A DNA stretch of 64,000 bases from the human T2T-CHM13v2.0 reference genome, Homo sapiens: the NCBI RefSeq assembly GCF_009914755.1, contig NC_060936.1; one strand, written 5' to 3'. A model generated the notes under the pieces. The model was not told where the DNA came from and ran no database searches. It worked only from the letters and a program-made list of their open reading frames with translations. How positions within the stretch are numbered: the first letter of the stretch is position 1; each line of letters begins with the position of its first letter. Below, piece after piece: positions 56,281 through 64,000 of the stretch. The translations under genes were made by a program, and so were the position numbers.

Positions 56281-57946
56281 TCATAAAATCATGGTAAAGC
56301 TTAAGTGCTGTATGTGAAGGATATTCCACCAAATATTTTTATTTGCTGGTTTAACAATACTCACTTTCAGGAAATTCTCCCATCTATCTTGCTTGCATTC
56401 CATTGTTGTAATTCAGGTCAACATTCTAGATTTGCAAGCACATTTAATAAGCTTTACATAAGCACTTTAAAAACATTTAGTCAGAGTACCAGGAGAGAAT
56501 TGTGATATGATAAGGCCCATTTATTGGGACATGAGGATTCACTTTCAGCACTAAATGATGGCTTAAGGTCACTGATAGCTTTTGGTTCAAGCCTACAATC
56601 TTGATTAGACTTTGGTAGAGAAATATATCTAGTTTTACCTCGTTTCTTCATTTATTTCTTTGTTCATTCCTTCATTCCTTCTTTCCTCTCCTCCCTTCTA
56701 TTGATATCTATCAACCACAGAGATATTATAAGGCAATTTTCAAAACAGCGACTTTCTAATCTATCTCTTGTTCCTTTGTCTTCATTCCTCTTTTGAGAAA
56801 TGTCGTCTTTAAAGAATCAATTTTTGGAGCAATAATTTTCCTGAAGGGACAGCTAAGAATTCATTTATTCTGTTCTTTGAGCAGTAGTGAGAAAAGAAAT
56901 AGTGATTAACTTCAGTTTCTGTGTCGTGCTAGGTACGTGAACCAATCCTTCTCTTAAATACAATTAAAAATTTGGCTGCAATTTTTTAGAAAAGTGTCTT
57001 CAAAGCCAGAATTGCTGATGAGAGAGTAAGAAAGATCGGTAAAAATATCAGAGAGATAATCAGAGCTCCTAAGTTGCCTCAAATATTCTTGATTCTAACA
57101 AACCTGAGCTTCAGTTTTGGGAGACATGAGGGGTAAAAGGGAATTATTTCAAGGATTTAGTCTTACTCAAGGTGGGAAGTCTGATAGAAAATATCCCCTC
57201 CATTAAGTGAGGACCCAAAGTGATTCACCATCAGAATAAGAGGAATAAGAACTAGTCCCAAGTCCAAAGCTCGGGGAAAGTTGCCCTGATGCTGAAGGGG
57301 GCAGAGGAACAAAGGCAAGAGAAACATCCTCAGGAGGTTGTGGAAATAAGATGGGCCTATAGAGATTTGCAAGTGTGACTGGTGTTGTCTAGGGGGTCCA
57401 GGGAAGCTGAAGCAATGAACTTGGTTAACATTACCTAGAATAGTAGTACTTCCAGGAGCCTAGAATAAACAAACAAAAATTCTTACTGGATGAAGATACT
57501 TTTTATCCTAGACCTCAAAAAATCTCCCATAAATGCCTTTGGCAAGGATAGCAAACAGTACACAGTAAAACACAATTAAGAATAAAAAGGGAAACAAGGC
57601 AATATGAGTGAGAAGCAGCAGAAATGGCAAACAGCAGGAACCAATTCATAAATATTTTAGATATGAAAATTATCAGACACAGGCTATAAAAGAACTATGC
57701 TTTATTTCTGGATTAAAAATATGAAAGCATGAAATTGTAAGAAGTGAAATATTTTTTTAAAAGGCACATTGGAAAGAATTTCTAGAATTGAAAAACGTAA
57801 TAACTAGAAATAAACCTAAATGGATTGAATTAACAGCCAATTAGATGAAGGGAGAATTTCTGAACCAAAAGATAGATTAAAAATTAACATAGTGAAACAA
57901 AAAGATGAAAATGATGGAAGAGAGGTAAAGAAGTCTAGAGGATATA

Positions 57947-58250
57947 GGCCGGGCGCGGTGGCTCACGCCTGTAATCCCAGCACTTTGGGAGGCTGAGGCG
58001 GGTGGATCACGAGGTCAGGAGATCGAGACTATCCTGGCTAACACGGTGAAACCCCGTCTCTACCAAAAATACAAAAAATTAGCCGGGCGTGGTGGCGGGC
58101 GCCTGTAGTCCCAGCTACTCGGGAGGCTGAGGCAGGAGAATGGCGTGAACCCCGGGGGGCGGAGCCTGCAGTGAGCCGAGGTTGCGCCACTGCGCTCCAG
58201 CCTGGGCGACAGCAAGACTCCATCTCAAAAAAAAAAAAAAAAAAAAAAAA
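57947..58250 (+). mobile_element. AluYe5-like element, full length
   Basis: 'gaaccccggggggcggagcctgcagtg' and 'gcgacagcaagactcc'; A24 tail; TSD 'aagaa(g/t)tctagaggatata'. Confidence 0.85.
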
Positions 58251-59386
58251 GAATTCTAGAGGATATAGTTCCAGAAGGAGCAGGGAGAGAATGAGGACAA
58301 TATTTGAAGAGAAAACAGCTCATGAAGGACGTAAGTCCACATATTCGAAATACCAAACAAGTTACACAAGATGAATAAATGAAAGTAAACCACACCTGGA
58401 TTTATTAGAGGAAAACTTCAGAGACCTAAAGACAAACATAGCACATCAAAAGGAAAAAAGACAAATTACCTTCAAAGAAGCAACAATAAGACTAAAATTA
58501 GACTTCCCAGCAGACACAGTGGAAGCCAAAGAAAATAACTGTTAACCTAGAGTTCTATATATAGCAAGAATACATTCAAGAATAAGGAGTGAAGATATTT
58601 TCAAACAAAACAGTAAGTTCAATGCCAGAAGACCTGCACTAAAGAATGTACTTTGGGAAGAAAAATTACCTCTAATGGGAAGTATAAGATGCAAGAAGGA
58701 TTGGAGAGCAGAAATTAATTAAATAGAAAAGATACATATAGTAGAGTAGATGGACAAATGTAAAATTGATCCTTTGAAAAGTCTAATGAAATTGACAAAT
58801 CTGATGGACAATTGATCATAAAAAGAAAGGGAAGGTGCAAATAAACAATGTTTGGAATAATAAGGGGAAGTAGCTATAAGTGTGCATAATTAAATATATA
58901 GTAAGAAGATACCAATAGCAACTTCAGTGCAGCAAACCGAAAATCTGATTTCTTTGAAAATATATAGTAGCAGTCTAAAACAAATCCAAAAATAGCCACC
59001 TTATTAATCTTATTACCTTAAGTTGTTAATCAAATTCATAGGTAAAAATCTTCTCATAAAGTAATAATCAGGCTTAGTTGACTTTGCTAATGAATTCTAC
59101 CAAAATTTAATAAAAAACTTCCAATGTTACAAAACTATTTATGGTATACCTTATGGAAGACTAACAATTTCCTAACTCTTATTATGAAACTAGCATAACC
59201 TTGATACCTCTCTTAAGGAAGGAAAATCACAAGCCAATTTCACTCATGTATCTCCTGTAGATACAAAAATTCTAAACCAAATAATAGTACAACAAAACCA
59301 GCAAAGTTGGGTTTTACTGAAGAATGCATGTGTTGCTTAATAATAGAGAAAAATAAATTCACCACATTAACAGATTCAAAGAGAGA

Positions 59387-59756
59387 TGCTATGGACTGAA
59401 TGTTTGTGTCTCCCCTTCTCAATTCATCTGTTGAAATCCTAGTCTCCGATGTGAGGGTATTTGGAGATGGAGCCTTTAGGAGATAATTAGGTCATGCGGG
59501 TTGTATCTTCCTGATAAGATTAGTGCCCCTATAAGAAGAGACACAAGAGAGCTTGCCTCCTCTGTCTCTGTCCCTCCTCTATGTGAGGATACAGCAAGAA
59601 GGGGGCCATTCAGAAAAAGGGCCCTCACCAGACACCAGTTCTACCAGTGCCTTGAATTTGGACTTCCAGTCTCCATAACTATGAGAAATAAATGTTTGTT
59701 GTTTAAACCACCTATTCTATGTCATTCTGTCACAGCAGCCCAAACTGACTAAGATG
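59387..59756 (+). mobile_element. MLT1A-type MaLR solo LTR
   Basis: 'tgctatggactgaatgtttgtgtc...gagaaataaatgtttgttgtttaa...gcagcccaaactgactaaga'. Confidence 0.88.
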
Positions 59757-60995
59757 AGGGAAATACTATAATTATTTTAAAAGATGCAAAAAGTGATAAA
59801 ATTTAACATCTATTAATGCTAGTAGCTATTAGGAAAATAATGTTAGAAGGGAGCTTCCTTTATCTAATAAGGAATATAGAAATAAATACAAAAATAATAA
59901 AAATTTCCTAAGGCAAAGATTGTACTTTATAGAGGAATGTCAATCCTGCTCACTACTTCTAGTCATTCTACTAGATAGCACAGTAAGTCAAGAGAAAGAA
60001 ATACGACGTGTAAAGATTTCAAAGGAAGGAATAAATCTATTATCAGTTGCAGATGCCATATTTCTGACCTAGAAAACTCAAATGAGACTACAAACAAATT
60101 ATTAGAATTAATTAGATAATGTAATGAGTTTGCTGAGTGCAAATCAACATAAAAAATTAATTGCATTTCTGTATCCTAGCAATAGTTAGAAGTTGTATAT
60201 TTAAAATTCATGTCATTTGCAATAGCATAAAAATAAGGTAGCTACAAATAAATCTAATAAAATTATAGAAGACTTTTATGTTAATATTATAAAACTTTTA
60301 TTGAAAGACATTAATGAAGACCTTTTCTCAAAATTGACCTTTACCTTGAATGCAAACAATTAGCCTCAGTCTTGTTTTTATTTTGATGGAATTTGGCACA
60401 ATGTATATGAACCAGCAAAAGGCCAAATAAAGCCAGAATATTCCTGAAGAAGAAAAGATTCAGAATGACTATGAAGCTATGGTAATTAAGAAATTATAGT
60501 ATAGGATTGGTGAAGATATACAAAAATATAAATCACTAATACAGAAAAGAGAACACATAAACAAACCCACATATATATTTATACTGCAGCACAACAGTGT
60601 AGATCACTAAGGAAAATAAGGTCTTTCAATGAAATAATCATTTGGATAATATGAATTATTTTCCCTATTTGCATTAAAAATGAAACTGGGTCCCTGTGTC
60701 ATGTCAAAAACAAAATTCATTGCAGATGAATTTTCACATTTCAAATGTTCAAGTGAAAACCATAAAAGAGTTAGAAGACCATTTAAGATACTTATTTTTG
60801 CCTTGGGCAGGGAAGGATTCTTAAATAATTCAGAAGAAATGCAAATTGTAAAGAAAAATATTCATTAAATTGTTTATTTTAAAATTGAGAATTTCTCTTC
60901 ATAAAAAACAGTATAAAGAAAGTGAAATTAAACCACAAGCTGGAAGAAAAAAATCATAGGAATAGAACAGATAGAGAATTAATATCCAGCATATG

Positions 60996-61087
60996 TTAGG
61001 TTGGTGCAAAAGTAACTGCGGTTTTTGCCATTACTTTTGCCATTAAAAGTAATGGCAAAAACCACAATAGATTTTGCACCAAGCTAA
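60996..61087. mobile_element. MADE1 (Hsmar1-derived) MITE, extended variant
   Basis: TIRs 'ttaggttggtgcaaaagtaactgcggtttttgccatta' / 'taatggcaaaaaccacaatagattttgcaccaagctaa'. Confidence 0.93.
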
Positions 61088-61239
61088 TATAAAGGACTGT
61101 TACAAATTAATGCATAAGAGACAACTCAAGATAAAAACAGGAAAAGACTTTCAGGTATTCAATAAAAAAATGGTCATTATGAAAAGATTTTCAATTTCAG
61201 AAAGTCAGGGAAATAAAAATTAAAATATAATGAGATATT

Positions 61240-61992
61240 TCACTTAATTCCCATTAGGATGGCTAGTATCAAGAAACAAACAAAACTAGATAATAACAAA
61301 TGTTGACAAGGATGTGGGTAAACTGGAATCCTTGTGCACTGATTGTGAGAATGTAAAATGATATGGGCACTGTGCAAAACAATATGGCATTTCCTCAAAA
61401 AAATTTAAACAGAATTACCTTATGATCCAGCAATTCCACTTCTGGATATGTACCCAAAAGAACTGAAAGTAGGATCTCAAACAGATATTTGTACACGCGT
61501 GTTATAGCAGCATTATTCACAGTAGCCTTAGGATGGAAGCAACACCAGTGTCCCTCAATGGATGAATGGATTAGCAAAATATGGTATATTTATACGATGG
61601 AGTTTTATTTACTCTTAAAGAAGAAGGAAATTCTGACACATGTTGCAACAAGGATGAACCTTGAGGACAGTATGTTAAGGGAAACAAGCCTATCACAAAA
61701 TGAAACATACTGTGAGTCCAGTTCTGTGAGGTACTTAGAGTAGTCAAATTCATTGAGACAGAAAGTAGAATGAATGAATGCTGGTTGCCAGGGGCTGGAG
61801 GGAAGAGAGGAAGGGGAGGTATAATGGGTACAGAGTTTCAGTTTGGCAAGTTGAAAAGCATTCTAGAGATGCGTGGTTGTGATGGTTGCACATCAGTGTG
61901 AATGTGCTCGATGTCCTTGAAGTGTACACCTAAAATGGTTATGATAGCAAATTTTATGAGATGTATATTTTGCCACAATTCCTAAAAAAAAA
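61240..61992 (+). mobile_element. L1MA/L1MB 3' end
   Basis: 'ttatgatccagcaattccacttctgg...ggatgaaccttgaggac...gagacagaaagtagaat'. Confidence 0.88.
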
Positions 61993-62434
61993 GAGATATT
62001 TCATATTGATCAGAATGGCAAACTTTTAAAAGTTTGGACAATAGCTAGTGATAGTGAATATGTGGAGCAACCCTAAGTCTTATATACTGCTGTGGGAGCA
62101 TAACGTTCAATAACTTTGGGAAAACCATTTGCCATCACCTTATAAACTAAATATCTCTATACCTGATGGCTCAGATCTTCCATTCTAGGTATTGATCTTA
62201 AAGTGACTCTTGCACATATACACAAGGAGATGCTAGCCCTGTTGATAATGGCAACACAAACACACTGAAAATAACCCATATATGCCTCCACAGTGGAATG
62301 GATAAATACATTGTATATATTCATAAGCTGAATTATTGCATAACAATAATACATGACTGAATTCCAGGAACACAAAATTGACTAGACAAAACACATGACA
62401 AAACAAAACATATTCTGTTTGGGATATTCTGTTA

Positions 62435-62776
62435 CAGGTTGAGTATCCCTTATCTAAAATGTTTGGGACCAGCTCTGTTTCAGATTTTGGATTTTTTTGA
62501 ATTTTGGAATATTTGCATATACATAATGAGATATCTTGTGGTTGAGACCCGAGTCTAAAACAAAATTTATTTATGTTTCATATATACTGTATACACATAG
62601 TCTGAAAGTATCTTTATACAATATTTTAAATAATTTTGTGCATAAAACAAAGTTTGCGTTACTTACATGGGGAATTTTCCATTTATGATATCATGTTGGT
62701 GTTCAAAAAGTGTTGGATTTTGGAGCATTTTGGATTTGGGATTTCAGATTTTTGGATTAGGGATGTTTAATCTGTG
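62435..62776. mobile_element. Tigger4b (Zombi/MER46), second copy
   Basis: 'caggttgagtatcccttatc...ggattagggatg'; homologous to 16969-17296. Confidence 0.82.
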
Positions 62777-64000
62777 TATTCAAAAGTCCACAAAATATGC
62801 TCTGTGAGACTGTAAAATGAATGTTGTAAAACTATACTGATAAGGAAGGGAATGAAATGAGAAACTCTGGGCAGGGAGCAGGGAGGGAGTCGAGACACAG
62901 AGAAACCCCTGGGGGTTTAAAAGGTAGTGGTAATGTTTTATTTATTAAACCTGAGGGTTAGTACATTGTTGTTTACTGGATTTTCTATACCTCAAACCTG
63001 TTTCATAAATATTAATTTATATATTTTCAATATTTAACAAAGTTTCTTCAACACTGGCCCACGGGTGTGTTGGAAGATACATCAGGAAGTAACCAACTAT
63101 AGGCACGAGTATGCGTTTACATTACCCACAGCTATGTGTACATACGTGTAATGTAGATACATGTTCTTTCCTTTTCAAGACAGGCATTTTTACAAAACGG
63201 TAGGGAAAAAACCTTCCAGAAGGGTCCACTTAAGAGGGAATTTGAAAGTACAAGGGAGAGAATTTGGTGGTAATCCATGGTGAAGCTTCATGAGAAGGTG
63301 TGTGGGCAGAGGATCCAAGCTCAGGTGGAGGCACAGGCCTTAGAGAAGGGAAGAACAGGCCCAGGTATAGCTGGGGAGCAGGTGTTTGCTGGATAGAAAT
63401 GAAGTGTGGGAGTTGCCTTCCAGTGGATTCTGGTTTTCTCTGTAAAGCAGAAGGCAAGGGTGTTTTCCGAGAATGAGGGATTGGATACAAAATCTTTTCA
63501 GAAATGATTAAAACTTTGGAAATGAGAACAAGGTCATTGGACCTTGTTCTTGGGAAGGAGACACTGGGAAGGCTATATAGAACATGAGGATTCCAAGTCA
63601 AGTTGGTCTGTCTTAACTTCCTGGTAGTTCCTGGTCTGAGACTCTTCTGACATCAGAGATCTGAGAGCACAGTGGGTCAGAGTCTACAGGGAGGGTAGGA
63701 AAATGAACCCTGGGATAAGTGTTGGCATTGATCACAGGGAGAGACCTTTGGGAACTGGGTTATAGTCAAGTGGGTCATGGCTCTGAGTTGAATAAGTAGC
63801 TGGACACTGCTGAGAGAGTCAAGGCAGGGTGGAGGCTTAACAGCTCAGAAGAAACAAACGCATATGGCTGAATCAATTAATTGCTGAAATAGATGAGTTG
63901 TATGTTCTATCAGGCTGCCAAGAAAGGAGATTTCTTCCTAATGACAATAGGTAAAGCTGTTTCCAACAGTGCTGAGAAGGTGCTAAGATTTTAGAGAAAT

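Larger units (their letters stand above)
56900..63040 (+). mobile_element. Long, decayed ancient L1M (5' region, ORF1, ORF2 and 3' UTR remnants) with nested younger elements
   Basis: A-rich L1 motifs in the expected order, e.g. 'acaaattaccttcaaag', 'ttgaaaagtctaatgaaattgacaaa', 'acaaacaaattattagaattaat', 'gaatggataaatacattgt'. Confidence 0.7.

Overview
This 64 kb window is repeat-rich hominoid (most likely human) intronic or intergenic DNA. It contains AluJ/S/Y SINEs, old L1/HAL1/L2/CR1 LINE fragments, MIRs, MaLR/ERV LTRs (including a near-complete THE1A provirus), Tigger/hAT/Mariner DNA-transposon fossils and microsatellites. I recognise no protein-coding exon, RNA gene, CRISPR array or prokaryote-type system. 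The ORF-track proteins are repeat-derived or chance ORFs. The unique sequence (about 1-3.5 kb, 20.2-22.9 kb and 24-37 kb) holds putative regulatory elements: CpG-richer patches and three same-orientation CTCF-like motifs. It also holds splice-signal-bounded segments that could belong to a + strand lncRNA or small ORF. The most unusual observations are a back-to-back double perfect hairpin at 26.5 kb, a frame-preserving candidate two-exon 86-aa ORF at 20.9-22.0 kb, an Alu with an internal inverted Alu segment, a stem-extended MADE1 (miR-548-type) hairpin, and several rare or aberrant Alu copies. Repeat subfamily names come from my recall of consensus sequences and need RepeatMasker/Dfam confirmation. 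I found no convincing novel biological system.
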